From: an uncultured Alphaproteobacteria bacterium
GTDB taxonomy: Bacteria; Pseudomonadota; Alphaproteobacteria; Rhodobacterales; Rhodobacteraceae
Length of the DNA: 64,000 nt
Direction of reading: 5' to 3'
Assembly: GCA_902530595.1 (NCBI GenBank)
Contig: CACAAX010000005.1
Location: forward strand, 6,755 to 70,754
The stretch's first letter is position 1; each line of letters starts with the position of its first letter. This document shows, one piece after another, positions 24,773-34,670 of the stretch. Below the pieces are notes generated by a model, which ran no database searches, was not told the origin of the DNA, and worked only from the letters and a program-made list of their open reading frames with translations. Both the position numbers and the translations under genes were made by a program.

Positions 24773-26176
24773 TTGACCAAGAGAGAGAGTAAAGTAAGAG
24801 CTACTGATCAGATAGTCAGACTAAACCCCGACATTTTCGGCGATGTAATTTTGCGTGCATCAGATATATCACTCTTAATTGACACGGCTGGTCTAATTTT
24901 AGAAGTTATTTACAATACTGGAAATAAAAACTTAGGTGACATAGAGCACTGGAGAACAAGAAATATTCGAGATTTTATAACAAAAGAGAGCAGGATTAAA
25001 CTTGAAGAAATTTTAAATTTATCTTCCAACGAAAATGAGAAAATTGAGAAAGATATTATTCAGCTAAATCATATTAGAAATGGTGGCGATGACTTTCCAA
25101 TTCAATACTCTATCCATCCCACTGGAGTAAATAACCAAATTCTACTTTTTGGCCGCGATCTGACCCAGATAGCACAGGCTCAACAAGAACTCATGAAAAC
25201 TCAATTAAAATTTGAAAGAGAATATGACCGATATAGATCATTTGACACTAAATATCGAGTAATACTAGAACAGTGTGGCAGCGCTTTCATTATTGTTGAT
25301 GAAGCAGGCCAGCTTGTTGATTTTAATCAAAAAGCTGTGGCAATTTTAGAAAAAGCCGACTTGAACCAAATGATGTTAAAAGATTTATTTTACCAAGGAA
25401 TAAGCATAGACATTCTAAGCGAGCTTGAGACATTAAATAAAAACACGCCCTCAAAGGGATTAAATCTAAACATTAAAGAAACCAATAAAGAAGTACAATT
25501 GAAGGGTACGTTTTTTCGTTCGAATGACGGTGTCCATTCTTTGATAAGGTTATCCAGTTCGTCAAGTCAGAGAACAAACCATACCAAAGAAAAAATTTAT
25601 CTATCTGATCTGTATCAAAAAACTTCAGATGCATTTGTCTTTATTGATGAAGCAGGAAAAATAGTTGATGCTAATGAGAGCTTTTTAATTCTTACAGAGA
25701 ACCCAAATATTGATGAGGTTGTCGGCAAGTCATTTTCTGACTTTCTTAAAAATGCCGCTACCGATTTAAAAGTTCTTACTGATAATTCAAAAAGACTTGG
25801 GAAAATTAGAAACTATGCAACTAATTTTATTACAACTTTCGGATCAAAAATTCCTGTCACAATTTCCTCGACTTGGGTATCAAATGAAGATGATGATTTT
25901 TATGGGTTCGTTTTAAGAGACTCCTCAAACGTGGAGCTTGAAAAACAAAATGATAATGAGAAACATAGCTGGGAGGCAACCACAAAATTAGTAGGAAGTG
26001 CTCCGTTAAAGGAGTTAGTAGCCCAAACCGGAGATATTGCGGAACGAATATGCTTAGAAACCGCGCTTAATTTAACAAATAACAATAAAGTAGCAGCTGC
26101 AGAGCTACTTAGTCTGTCGCGTCAAAGCCTATATGTGAAACTCAGAAAACATAATCTTTTGGATATTAAGGACTAA
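24773..26176 (+). CDS. ppsR: PpsR/CrtJ transcriptional repressor of photosynthesis genes
   Basis: 467 aa with PAS-like repeats. C-terminal Fis-type helix-turn-helix NNKVAAAELLSLSRQSLYVKLRKHNL. Follows ppaA. TTG start; no upstream in-frame ATG. Confidence 0.85.
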   Translation: MTKRESKVRATDQIVRLNPDIFGDVILRASDISLLIDTAGLILEVIYNTGNKNLGDIEHWRTRNIRDFITKESRIKLEEILNLSSNENEKIEKDIIQLNHIRNGGDDFPIQYSIHPTGVNNQILLFGRDLTQIAQAQQELMKTQLKFEREYDRYRSFDTKYRVILEQCGSAFIIVDEAGQLVDFNQKAVAILEKADLNQMMLKDLFYQGISIDILSELETLNKNTPSKGLNLNIKETNKEVQLKGTFFRSNDGVHSLIRLSSSSSQRTNHTKEKIYLSDLYQKTSDAFVFIDEAGKIVDANESFLILTENPNIDEVVGKSFSDFLKNAATDLKVLTDNSKRLGKIRNYATNFITTFGSKIPVTISSTWVSNEDDDFYGFVLRDSSNVELEKQNDNEKHSWEATTKLVGSAPLKELVAQTGDIAERICLETALNLTNNNKVAAAELLSLSRQSLYVKLRKHNLLDIKD

Positions 26177-26181
26177 AATCA

Positions 26182-27081
26182 GTGATTAAAAGCTATCAAA
26201 ATCATTTTACCAGTACGCCTAGCATGATATCGCTTCTTGAACTTATAAAACCTGTTACCTGGTTTCCACCTATGTGGGCTTTTTTATGCGGCGTAGTGTC
26301 AGTTGGCGCCTTAAATAGCAATAATACTATACTCATATTATCCGGTCTTCTACTTGCCGGACCATTGGTGTGCGGAATGAGCCAGGCTGTAAACGATTGG
26401 TGTGACCGTCATGTCGATGCAATAAATCAACCGGAAAGGCCCATTCCGTCTGGAAGAGTGAGTGCTGAATGGGGGTTTTTTACCGGCATAATAATGAGTT
26501 TCATAAGTATCCTTTTTGCATACTATCTCGGAAGTCTTATCTTTTTTGCAACAATTATAGGCGTTTTGGCCGCTTGGCTTTATTCATTGGAGCCGATAAG
26601 ACTGAAACGATCGGCGATTTTTGGGCCAGGGGTCGTGGCAATTTGTTATGAAGGGCTTCCATGGTTTACTGGCGCTGCTATTTTCACAATCTCATTGCCA
26701 AATAAAGAGGTTTTAATAGTGCTCTCGTTGTATGCTTTGGGAGCGCACGGGATAATGACTATGAATGACTTCAAAGCAACCAAGGGAGATAAACTTTTAG
26801 GCATCAATTCTTTACCCGTGATTTTAGGTAGAAAGCCCGCTACTTTAGTAGCTTGCCTTATAATGCTTCTTCCACAGTTAATAGTAATATCTCTATTTTA
26901 CTTCTGGGGATCTTTAATTCTAGCCATAACGCTGGCAGTTTGCGTTCTACTCCAGTCCTTATCAATGATTTTTCTCATTCGAGATCCAGAAAAAAACACA
27001 CCATTCTTTAACATGACCGGAGTACTTTTATATATTGCTGGGATGATGTTATCTGCAAATGGATTGTATTTAATGAATTAA
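26182..27081 (+). CDS. bchG: bacteriochlorophyll synthase (UbiA-family prenyltransferase)
   Basis: UbiA-type polytopic protein with the Asp-rich motif NDWCDRHVDAINQPERPIPSG. Track start is a GTG at 26182; an alternative ATG lies at 26224. Confidence 0.85.
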   Translation: MIKSYQNHFTSTPSMISLLELIKPVTWFPPMWAFLCGVVSVGALNSNNTILILSGLLLAGPLVCGMSQAVNDWCDRHVDAINQPERPIPSGRVSAEWGFFTGIIMSFISILFAYYLGSLIFFATIIGVLAAWLYSLEPIRLKRSAIFGPGVVAICYEGLPWFTGAAIFTISLPNKEVLIVLSLYALGAHGIMTMNDFKATKGDKLLGINSLPVILGRKPATLVACLIMLLPQLIVISLFYFWGSLILAITLAVCVLLQSLSMIFLIRDPEKNTPFFNMTGVLLYIAGMMLSANGLYLMN

Positions 27082-27095
27082 ATTAGGGGGTAGTA

Positions 27096-28448
27096 ATGAA
27101 TTGGTTTTCGATTTTAAGGTTAGGGTTAGTTCAACTTTGCATTGGTTCGAGTGTCGTTATTCCTTTATCTACACTGAATCGCTTAATGAAGGTAGAATTA
27201 GCTTTACCAGCAACGATTGCAGGTTTTTTGATTGCACTTCATTATGCAGTCCAGTTAACGAGAGTCAATTGGGGTTACTTATCTGATAAAACTCAAAATA
27301 GGGCTCAGTGGATAATATTTGGAATGCTAATTTTAGGGATAGGTGGAGTACTAGCATCTGCTTCTATACCTCTAATTGAAAGTAATTTTAAATTTGGAAT
27401 AATGCTTGCTTTATTTTCATATACTCTAATTGGGTTTGGGGTAGGTGCAGCAGGAACCCCTCTTCTCGCTCTTCTTGCCTCCTACAGTTCTAAATCACAG
27501 AAGGGCTTTGCCGCCTCTATCACCTTTCTTATGATGATATTAGGACTTGCAATAACTGGTATAACGGCTGGCATAATTTTAGACCCCTACTCTCATCAAA
27601 AGCTCATAAAGATCACGGCCTCTCTTGCTGTAATTACCAATATTTTATCCTATCTTAGCTTGAAAAACTTAGAAAAAACGCTGCGAAATAATGCAGATGC
27701 TCGTGCGCCAAGTGCTATTGACTTTAACGAACCATTTCTTAAAGGTATCAAAAAAGTATGGATGGAAAGAGAAGCAAGGCTTTTTACAATTTTTATTTTT
27801 ATCTCTATGGGCGCTTTTTCAATGCAAGATCCAATATTGGAACCCTTCGCTGGAGAAGTCTTCGGCTTTGCGGTAGGAGAGTCTACAAAGCTTGACGGAT
27901 TCCATAAGATTGGGACATTAATTGGAATTATTTTTATAATCCTTTGCCTTTCAAAGTTTAGAATTGGATTTGCTTCTTTATCGATTGTTAAAAATGAACG
28001 CCTAGGATCAGAAAAATTTTGGCTAATTACTGGATGCCTCTTTTCTGCATTTTCACTATTTATAATTTCTCTTCTTGGAGTCACATATAGAGATCCAGGT
28101 ATATTAAACTCAGTTGTTTTTCTCTTCGGAATATCTAATGGTGTATTCACTGCGGGAATATTGGGAACCATGCTGCATTTAGCAAGTAGAGATACGGGTG
28201 ATAACAACACGGGTACTCGTATGGGGATATGGGGGGCAGCACAAGCTTATGCCACTATGATTGCTGTTTTTTTTAGCACAGTTTTGGTCGATATACTTGG
28301 ACTTATGATGAATTCCCTCCCAAGTGTATATGGAATAGTGTTTCTAACTGCTGCGAGTTTTTTTATAGCTGCAGCATTTTTGGGTTCATTAATTATTAAA
28401 AAGGATGAACTCGATCAAAATCAAAACATACTACAATCGGTGAATTAA
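27096..28448 (+). CDS. PucC/LhaA-family (BCD) MFS protein, equivalent of Rhodobacter orf428/bch2
   Basis: 450-aa 12-TM protein between bchG and bchP. Similar in layout to LhaA (13761-15206). Confidence 0.75.
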   Translation: MNWFSILRLGLVQLCIGSSVVIPLSTLNRLMKVELALPATIAGFLIALHYAVQLTRVNWGYLSDKTQNRAQWIIFGMLILGIGGVLASASIPLIESNFKFGIMLALFSYTLIGFGVGAAGTPLLALLASYSSKSQKGFAASITFLMMILGLAITGITAGIILDPYSHQKLIKITASLAVITNILSYLSLKNLEKTLRNNADARAPSAIDFNEPFLKGIKKVWMEREARLFTIFIFISMGAFSMQDPILEPFAGEVFGFAVGESTKLDGFHKIGTLIGIIFIILCLSKFRIGFASLSIVKNERLGSEKFWLITGCLFSAFSLFIISLLGVTYRDPGILNSVVFLFGISNGVFTAGILGTMLHLASRDTGDNNTGTRMGIWGAAQAYATMIAVFFSTVLVDILGLMMNSLPSVYGIVFLTAASFFIAAAFLGSLIIKKDELDQNQNILQSVN

Positions 28449-28449
28449 A

Positions 28450-29625
28450 ATGATCTATGATATAACAGTTATAGGAGGAGGACCCTCCGGCGCAACAGCT
28501 GCAGAGCAACTGGCGAAAAAAGGTTTCAAAGTCGCATTGATAGATAGAGCAGGAAGAATAAAGCCTTGTGGAGGTGCTATCCCTCCAAGATTAATCGAAG
28601 ACTTTGAAATTCCTCAGTCTCAATTAGTTGCAAAAATCAAGACAGCAAGGATGATATCACCAACGAACAGGAAAGTCGACATTCCAATAGAAAATGGTTA
28701 CGTAGGAATGGTAGATAGAGAATTCTTTGATGAATATCTTCGGGAAAGAGCAGCAAAATGTGGGGCAAAACGGTTTACCGGCACATTTGTAAAATTGTCT
28801 AAAAATTCGCAATATACTAAGGTTGATTTTAATAATCACTCAGCAAAAAAGATTTCTACACTCCTCACAAGATATGTAATAGGTGCAGATGGTGCTAAAT
28901 CTAATGTTGCAAGAAATACAATCAAGGACGCACATAAAATCCCCTATGTTATAGCGTATCATGAGATAATAGAGGCCCCGAAAGCAACTAGTGAATATAA
29001 TCCAGATAGATGCGATGTTATTTATAACGGAGATATATCGCCTGATTTTTATGGATGGGTTTTTCCTCATGGGAAATCGGCGAGTGTAGGAATGGGAACA
29101 GGGATAAATAGCGTTAACCTAAAGAAGGCTACTAGCGACCTCAGGACTCAAGCAGGACTAGACAAATGTTCAACTATAAGAAAAGAAGGAGCTCCGATCC
29201 CGCTTAAGCCATTGGAGAGGTGGGATAATGGAGATAATGTTGTACTTGCAGGTGATGCTGCTGGGGTAGTAGCACCCTCATCAGGGGAGGGCATCTATTA
29301 TGCAATGATAGGAGGTAAGTATGCAGCGGATGCGGTTGAAAAATGCTTGCTTAATGGACACTCGAAATATTTAGGTTTAGCAAGAAAGAATTTTATGAAA
29401 GAACATAAAGCAGTTTTTCAAGTTCTTGGTGCTATGCAAAACGCATATTATAGATCTGATGACCGAAGAGAGCGTTTTGTAACTTTATGCAAAGACATAG
29501 ATGTTCAAAGAATAACTTTTGAATCTTATATGCATAAAAAACTATCTCGTTCGAGACCAATAGCACACCTAAAAATAATGTTTAAAAATATTGCCCACCT
29601 CACCGGCATGGTTAAAGCCACATGA
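28450..29625 (+). CDS. bchP: geranylgeranyl-bacteriochlorophyll (geranylgeranyl diphosphate) reductase
   Basis: FAD-binding N-terminus YDITVIGGGPSGATAA, and the GDAAG motif (LAGDAAGVVAPSSGEGIYYAM). 391 aa. Confidence 0.87.
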   Translation: MIYDITVIGGGPSGATAAEQLAKKGFKVALIDRAGRIKPCGGAIPPRLIEDFEIPQSQLVAKIKTARMISPTNRKVDIPIENGYVGMVDREFFDEYLRERAAKCGAKRFTGTFVKLSKNSQYTKVDFNNHSAKKISTLLTRYVIGADGAKSNVARNTIKDAHKIPYVIAYHEIIEAPKATSEYNPDRCDVIYNGDISPDFYGWVFPHGKSASVGMGTGINSVNLKKATSDLRTQAGLDKCSTIRKEGAPIPLKPLERWDNGDNVVLAGDAAGVVAPSSGEGIYYAMIGGKYAADAVEKCLLNGHSKYLGLARKNFMKEHKAVFQVLGAMQNAYYRSDDRRERFVTLCKDIDVQRITFESYMHKKLSRSRPIAHLKIMFKNIAHLTGMVKAT

Positions 29626-30146
29626 ATATTAATTTTATTCCTGCATGGGATCAAGGGGTCCTACAACCATTAGAGAAGCTGGAAGTTCATAAAAGAGGTC
29701 TAAGGCATAAAGCGGTCTCGGTATTCTTAATTTCAGATAATAATGTACTGATTCAAAAAAGAGCATCAATGAAATACCATACGCCAGGTTTATGGGCTAA
29801 TACCTGCTGCACACACCCCTTATGGTCAGAAGATCCCATGGAATGCGCTCACCGAAGATTAAAAGAAGAGTTGGGAATAAAGGTGCCAGAGTTAGTCTAT
29901 AAAAACAAAATCGACTATAAAGCTGATGTTGGAAATGGCTTAATCGAAAACGAAAATGTTGATGTCTTTGTTGGCTCAATAAAAGAAAAAGATAATTTAA
30001 AAATACTGCTTAATAACGATGAAGTGGCAGATGTGAGGTGGATTTGTTTTGACAGGTTAAAAGAAGAAATAGCACTATCGCCTGATAAGTTTACACCTTG
30101 GTTGAGGATCTACGTCCAAGATCATTTTGAACAAATTATAAACTGA
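29622..30146 (+). CDS. idi: isopentenyl-diphosphate delta-isomerase, type 1 (Nudix)
   Basis: 174 aa with RHKAVSVFL, WANTCCTHP and the Nudix-like RRLKEELGI. ATGA overlap with the bchP stop. Confidence 0.8.
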   Translation: MNINFIPAWDQGVLQPLEKLEVHKRGLRHKAVSVFLISDNNVLIQKRASMKYHTPGLWANTCCTHPLWSEDPMECAHRRLKEELGIKVPELVYKNKIDYKADVGNGLIENENVDVFVGSIKEKDNLKILLNNDEVADVRWICFDRLKEEIALSPDKFTPWLRIYVQDHFEQIIN

Positions 30147-30151
30147 CCAGC

Positions 30152-32101
30152 TTATTTTATAATCTTAATTTTATTGCTTCGTATATCGGCTATACCCAAA
30201 ACATCAAGGATTGTTGTTGTAATTCCTGTGACATCGAGTCCAGCTTCCTTATACATTACGTTTGGTGAAGCTTGATCTATAAATTTATCGGGTAAAAATA
30301 AACTTCTTACCTTTAGTTTGTTATTTATCATGTTATTTTTGAGTAGCCAGTCAACCACATGAGATCCGAACCCACCAATGGATCCCTCTTCTAGGGTAAT
30401 TAACATCTCATGGTTTTCTGAAAGCACTTTTATTAAATCTACATCTAATGGTTTAGCAAATCTAGCATCTGCAACAGTCACTGAAATGCCTAACTGTTCC
30501 AACTCCTCCGACGCGTCTAGTGCTTCTTTGAGATGTGCTCCAAAACTTAATATTGCGACCCTATTGCCTTCTTTACAAATTCTTCCTTTCCCCAGCTCAA
30601 GAACTTCTCCTCTTTCAGGAAGTTCTACACCTATCCCCTCACCTCTTGGATACCTAAATGATATGGGGCCATCGTTATAATCTGCTGAAGTTCTGATCAT
30701 ATGCATTAGCTCTAACTCGTCTGATGCTGCCATTACCACAAAACCTGGCAAATTAGAAAGGTAAGCTACGTCAAAAGAACCTGCATGCGTAGCTCCATCA
30801 GCACCAACCAACCCAGCTCTATCAATTGCAAATCTTACTGGCAATTTTTGGAGAGCCACATCATGGACAATCTGATCATATCCTCTTTGAAGAAAAGTTG
30901 AATATATTGCGCAGAAGGGTTTCAAGCCTCCAGCTGCCATACCAGCACAGAAAGTGACAGCATGTTGTTCTGCTATTCCAACATCAAAAGTTCTACCTGG
31001 GAAACTATCCTGAAAGATATTTAATCCTGTGCCTGAGGGCATTGCTGCCGTAACAGCAACAATCTTTTCGTCAAGAGTTGCCTCTTTTACAAGTGTTTGA
31101 CCAAAGATTGATGTGTATGATGGAGCGTTTGATTTGCCTTTGTGCTGCTTTCCCGAAGCAACATCAAATTTCGACACACCATGATATTTATCTGCAGACG
31201 TTTCTGCTGGTGCATACCCGGCTCCTTTTTTTGTAACACAATGAATTAGAACTGGTCCCTCAGATCTGGTTTTGACTGTTCTTAAAACTGGTAATAGTTG
31301 GTCTAAATCATGTCCATCTATTGGACCGACGTATGAAAAACCCAAATCTTCGAAAAAAGTATTACCCGTTCCACCAGCTAGTCCTGTTATCAAACCTCTA
31401 GCACGTTTTGCACCTTCTCTAAGTGGCCCTGGTAGTGACTTTGCGAAATTCTCTGCTAATTCCTTAAGAGTATAAAATTGTTGGTTTGCATATAGGCTGG
31501 ATAAATATTTCGACATAGCGCCAACTGGTGGTGCAATAGACATTTCATTGTCATTCAAGATTACAAAAAATCTTCTGCCTTCAGCACCCGCATTATTCAG
31601 TGCTTCGTAAGCCATTCCAGCACTTATAGATCCATCACCAATGACTGCAACGGCATCTCCCGTAGCCATTCCCATATCTCTAGCTACCGTAAACCCTAAG
31701 CCTGCAGATATCGACGTAGATGAATGAGCCGCACCGAAGGGATCATAATCACTTTCACTCCTCTTTGTGAAACCCGATAATCCTCCCTCTTGTCTGAGAG
31801 AACTCATTTTTTCTCTGCGACCAGTAATTATTTTATGTGGATAACATTGATGTCCAACATCCCATATCAACTTATCGTGCGGTGTATTAAACACTGAATG
31901 TATTGCAACGGTTAGCTCTACAACTCCTAGGCTTGATCCTAAATGCCCTCCTGTCTCGGAAACCGCTCTAATTGTTTCATTGCGCAATTCTATGGCAAGT
32001 TTTTTAAGATCTAAATCTGAAAGACGCCGAAGATCCGTAGGGTAATTTATTTTATCAAGAAGTGTAGGTTTCATAACTGAGATATGTAACTTATTTTTCA
32101 C
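30152..32101 (-). CDS. dxs: 1-deoxy-D-xylulose-5-phosphate synthase
   Basis: [37 protein letters not shown] and the ThDP motif [17 protein letters not shown]. Start is ambiguous: GTG at 32101 (track) or ATG at 32074 ([12 protein letters not shown]). Confidence 0.92.
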   Translation of the reverse strand: MKNKLHISVMKPTLLDKINYPTDLRRLSDLDLKKLAIELRNETIRAVSETGGHLGSSLGVVELTVAIHSVFNTPHDKLIWDVGHQCYPHKIITGRREKMSSLRQEGGLSGFTKRSESDYDPFGAAHSSTSISAGLGFTVARDMGMATGDAVAVIGDGSISAGMAYEALNNAGAEGRRFFVILNDNEMSIAPPVGAMSKYLSSLYANQQFYTLKELAENFAKSLPGPLREGAKRARGLITGLAGGTGNTFFEDLGFSYVGPIDGHDLDQLLPVLRTVKTRSEGPVLIHCVTKKGAGYAPAETSADKYHGVSKFDVASGKQHKGKSNAPSYTSIFGQTLVKEATLDEKIVAVTAAMPSGTGLNIFQDSFPGRTFDVGIAEQHAVTFCAGMAAGGLKPFCAIYSTFLQRGYDQIVHDVALQKLPVRFAIDRAGLVGADGATHAGSFDVAYLSNLPGFVVMAASDELELMHMIRTSADYNDGPISFRYPRGEGIGVELPERGEVLELGKGRICKEGNRVAILSFGAHLKEALDASEELEQLGISVTVADARFAKPLDVDLIKVLSENHEMLITLEEGSIGGFGSHVVDWLLKNNMINNKLKVRSLFLPDKFIDQASPNVMYKEAGLDVTGITTTILDVLGIADIRSNKIKIIK

Positions 32102-32126
32102 GTGGAGGAAACATTTCCCCCACGTG
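32099..32126 (-). other. intercistronic stem-loop between pufM and dxs
   Basis: CACGTGG(A)GGAA-ACAT-TTCC(C)CCACGTG forms 7+4 bp with one A.C mismatch. The candidate dxs GTG (32101-32099) is paired in the stem. No U-tract follows on the transcribed strand. Confidence 0.55.
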
Positions 32127-32139
32127 AATATAGAATAAT

Positions 32140-33087
32140 CTAACTGGGCCCGTTATACAAGCCACCTTCGACAGCAAAACCGTGAAGAACAGCCCAACTA
32201 AACCAGTCGTCGACAACCGTTCCAGTTAGTAATATGCCTATTCCACCGGTGATAGGACAAAGAATTGCAAACCACCAAGCCCATCTATGGATTCCTTCCA
32301 TAGAAGCATTGAAGCCCATTGTCCATCTCCAGAACAGAGCTGCACGCTCAGAAGCGGTACCACGATCATAGATTTGTTCCAGTTCTCTGTCCCCTCCCAT
32401 TCTAGAGGTTGCTAATATCGTCGCTCCATGCATTGCGAAAAGAAGAGCAGAGCCATACAGGAAGACAATACTTAATGCGTGAAAGGGATTATAGAATAAG
32501 TTGCCATGATTTAAAGAGAGGTAATTCGTCCAATCTAGATGTGGGAAAATGCCATAAGGAACCATTTCCGACCATGTGCCCATGGCTACCGGTCTGAAAA
32601 GACCAATCACAAGAAATAGCCATATTGCTGCTGCAAAAGCCCAACAAACATGTTTCCCCATTCCCAATTCATTGGCCCGCAGGTATGATCTAATCCACCA
32701 ACTTAGTACCGCTATTAAGAGACAGGTACTTGCAATTAAATATAATCCACCTTCCCAAATAGGTGGAAAGCCAAGGCCATATTCCTCGCCAGGAGGATCA
32801 AGAGAAATCCACCATAAATCTCTCCATAAGGCCTGCCATGACCAATCAACTGATTGGAGCATGCCTATTCCAGTAAGGAAAAACCACGCTGTGCCTAAGA
32901 AGAATGCTATCGTTCCAAACATACCGAGATGAATTGGACCCAACTGTGCATTTCCAACATAACCAAGTATAGAAGAGAACCGCGGCTCAACACCTCTCTC
33001 TTTTGCTACTAATCCTTTTTCGTCAAGACCCATTTCTGCCGGGCCACGAACCTGAACCTGTGTTAAAATATTATGGTACTCTGCCAT
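32140..33087 (-). CDS. pufM: photosynthetic reaction centre M subunit
   Basis: [17 protein letters not shown]-terminus. Five transmembrane helices. Conserved histidines in the [24 protein letters not shown] and [10 protein letters not shown] regions. Confidence 0.95.
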   Translation of the reverse strand: MAEYHNILTQVQVRGPAEMGLDEKGLVAKERGVEPRFSSILGYVGNAQLGPIHLGMFGTIAFFLGTAWFFLTGIGMLQSVDWSWQALWRDLWWISLDPPGEEYGLGFPPIWEGGLYLIASTCLLIAVLSWWIRSYLRANELGMGKHVCWAFAAAIWLFLVIGLFRPVAMGTWSEMVPYGIFPHLDWTNYLSLNHGNLFYNPFHALSIVFLYGSALLFAMHGATILATSRMGGDRELEQIYDRGTASERAALFWRWTMGFNASMEGIHRWAWWFAILCPITGGIGILLTGTVVDDWFSWAVLHGFAVEGGLYNGPS

Positions 33088-33088
33088 C

Positions 33089-33937
33089 TTAACCTCCTAT
33101 ACTTGCGAATGTGAAGAAATTTGGCCACCAATCCCACCATTCAATCCAACTTTCACCATCTGGCATTAACCAAGAAGGTCCAGATATGATGATACAAATT
33201 CCAGACCACCAGCCAGCACTAAGGGCAACGAATAATCCAATTCTATGAATACCCAATGTACCAATAGAGTAGCCAATAAAATCTCTGAAGTACGTATCTT
33301 CATGGTCGGGCGTTTTTGCATCTTCTCCTTTTTCAGGGTTAGCAGCCGACAAAATTAATGAACCGTGTAATGCAAGCAACATAGTAGTTGTGAAGAAACA
33401 CGCAATTGCAAGCATATGGATTGGATTGTAATGGAAATTACCATATTGATACCCGGTGTAAGACACCCAGTCCAAATGGGAAAAAATACCATATGGAAAT
33501 CCATGAGCCCATGCACCCATTAATACTGGTCTTATAACAACCAAAGAAACATAGGCAAAAATTGCAAAAGAAAATGCAAATGGAATATGATAGTCCATTC
33601 CTAACTTTCTCGTGATTTCTACCTGCCTCAACATCCAACTACCGAATGCTCCAATGGCGCACAGAGTTATAACTTGCCATAAACCACCATCATTCATAGG
33701 AGCCATTTTTAACCCATATTCAAGAGGCGGGGGCTCTATGCTTATTAACCAGGGATTCCAGACTCCCTGTTGAGCAGCGCCCCAAAAAATCATAATACTA
33801 CCAAGGGCAGCAAAGAAAATTGTCGAGACTCCAAAAAAGCCGACATAAAACGGCCCGACCCAAAAGTCAAATAAGTCCCGACCTATAAGAGTACCGCCTG
33901 GAACACGATACTTTTTTTCAAAACTGAGTAATGCCAT
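33089..33937 (-). CDS. pufL: photosynthetic reaction centre L subunit
   Basis: [19 protein letters not shown] is the canonical PufL N-terminus, so I chose the ATG at 33937. GGAGG Shine-Dalgarno upstream. Separated from pufM by 1 nt. Confidence 0.95.
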   Translation of the reverse strand: MALLSFEKKYRVPGGTLIGRDLFDFWVGPFYVGFFGVSTIFFAALGSIMIFWGAAQQGVWNPWLISIEPPPLEYGLKMAPMNDGGLWQVITLCAIGAFGSWMLRQVEITRKLGMDYHIPFAFSFAIFAYVSLVVIRPVLMGAWAHGFPYGIFSHLDWVSYTGYQYGNFHYNPIHMLAIACFFTTTMLLALHGSLILSAANPEKGEDAKTPDHEDTYFRDFIGYSIGTLGIHRIGLFVALSAGWWSGICIIISGPSWLMPDGESWIEWWDWWPNFFTFASIGG

Positions 33938-33964
33938 CCTATGACCTCCATTCAAATTACTCTG

Positions 33965-34029
33965 CTGACTGACAAACGGTCAGTCAGAATGCCACGGGCG
34001 AGATCCTAAGGGGGGACTGGTTCTCGCCC
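33965..34029 (-). other. two GC-rich intercistronic hairpins between pufA and pufL
   Basis: CTGACTGAC-AAACG-GTCAGTCAG (33965-33987) has a 9-bp perfect stem. GGGCGAGA...TCTCGCCC (33996-34029) has an 8-bp stem with an 18-nt loop. Confidence 0.65.
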
Positions 34030-34047
34030 ACAGCGACTCGTAGGTTT

Positions 34048-34206
34048 TTAGCCAGCTGCTCTTGCTGCGGCCTCAAACCAATTGAAGTGATCGGTGCTGA
34101 GCAACACTAAATGAATCATTGCTGCTAGCAAGAAGAGAAAGACGCCCTGTGCGACAAACACTCGTCTAGGATCAAATATCAGCCATATTTTATAAAAGTG
34201 ACTCAT
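34048..34206 (-). CDS. pufA: light-harvesting 1 (B870-type) alpha polypeptide
   Basis: [52 protein letters not shown], 52 aa. Single transmembrane helix with the BChl-ligand His. I chose the ATG at 34206 rather than the longer track ORF. Confidence 0.88.
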   Translation of the reverse strand: MSHFYKIWLIFDPRRVFVAQGVFLFLLAAMIHLVLLSTDHFNWFEAAARAAG

Positions 34207-34216
34207 TTCTCTCTCC

Positions 34217-34375
34217 TCAACCGAAATAGAACCAAGGACGCCAAATCCATGTCGCAATGTGAGCCAATATGCACATTATTGTAAATGTCCATAGTCCACT
34301 CATATATACGCTATGTAATTCTTGCGCCTGTTCATCTGTTAGACCTGATAGAGACAGGTCATTATTTCCAGCCAT
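34217..34375 (-). CDS. pufB: light-harvesting 1 beta polypeptide (not in ORF track, below its size cutoff)
   Basis: Hand translation gives [52 protein letters not shown] (52 aa). It carries the beta-chain signature AH-x5-WRPW. GGAGGA Shine-Dalgarno 7 nt upstream. Stop lies 10 nt before the pufA ATG. Confidence 0.88.
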   Translation of the reverse strand: MAGNNDLSLSGLTDEQAQELHSVYMSGLWTFTIMCILAHIATWIWRPWFYFG

Positions 34376-34472
34376 TATACATCCTCCGGATTAAGTGACT
34401 GTTGCGCTGCAAGCACCTTATGCGCGAGCAACGATCCTTCCGCCAAAAGACGGTAAGAATTCTTTAAAACCC

Positions 34473-34658
34473 TCATGAAAAAATCATGGGCGTTATTGTT
34501 TTTGCATTTGCCCATGCCTTACTAAACATATCTTTTTCAATTTTTCCTTTTACAAGACTTTTCATACAGGTAAGTAGCGCTCCTGGTAATGAAAATATAA
34601 AAATCACCGAGAAATAAATTCTATACTCCCAAATTGGCTTTTTTCTTGTTCTTCTCAT
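34473..34658 (-). CDS. pufQ: PufQ
   Basis: 61 aa between bchZ and pufB. The pattern W-x-YRIYFSVIFIFSLPGAL...FSKAWANAKTITPMIFS parallels my recollection of Rhodobacter PufQ (..FALYFSLILIVAVPFAL...FARAWREAGEITPEIF..). Confidence 0.72.
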   Translation of the reverse strand: MRRTRKKPIWEYRIYFSVIFIFSLPGALLTCMKSLVKGKIEKDMFSKAWANAKTITPMIFS

Positions 34659-34670
34659 CGCAGTCCCTCC

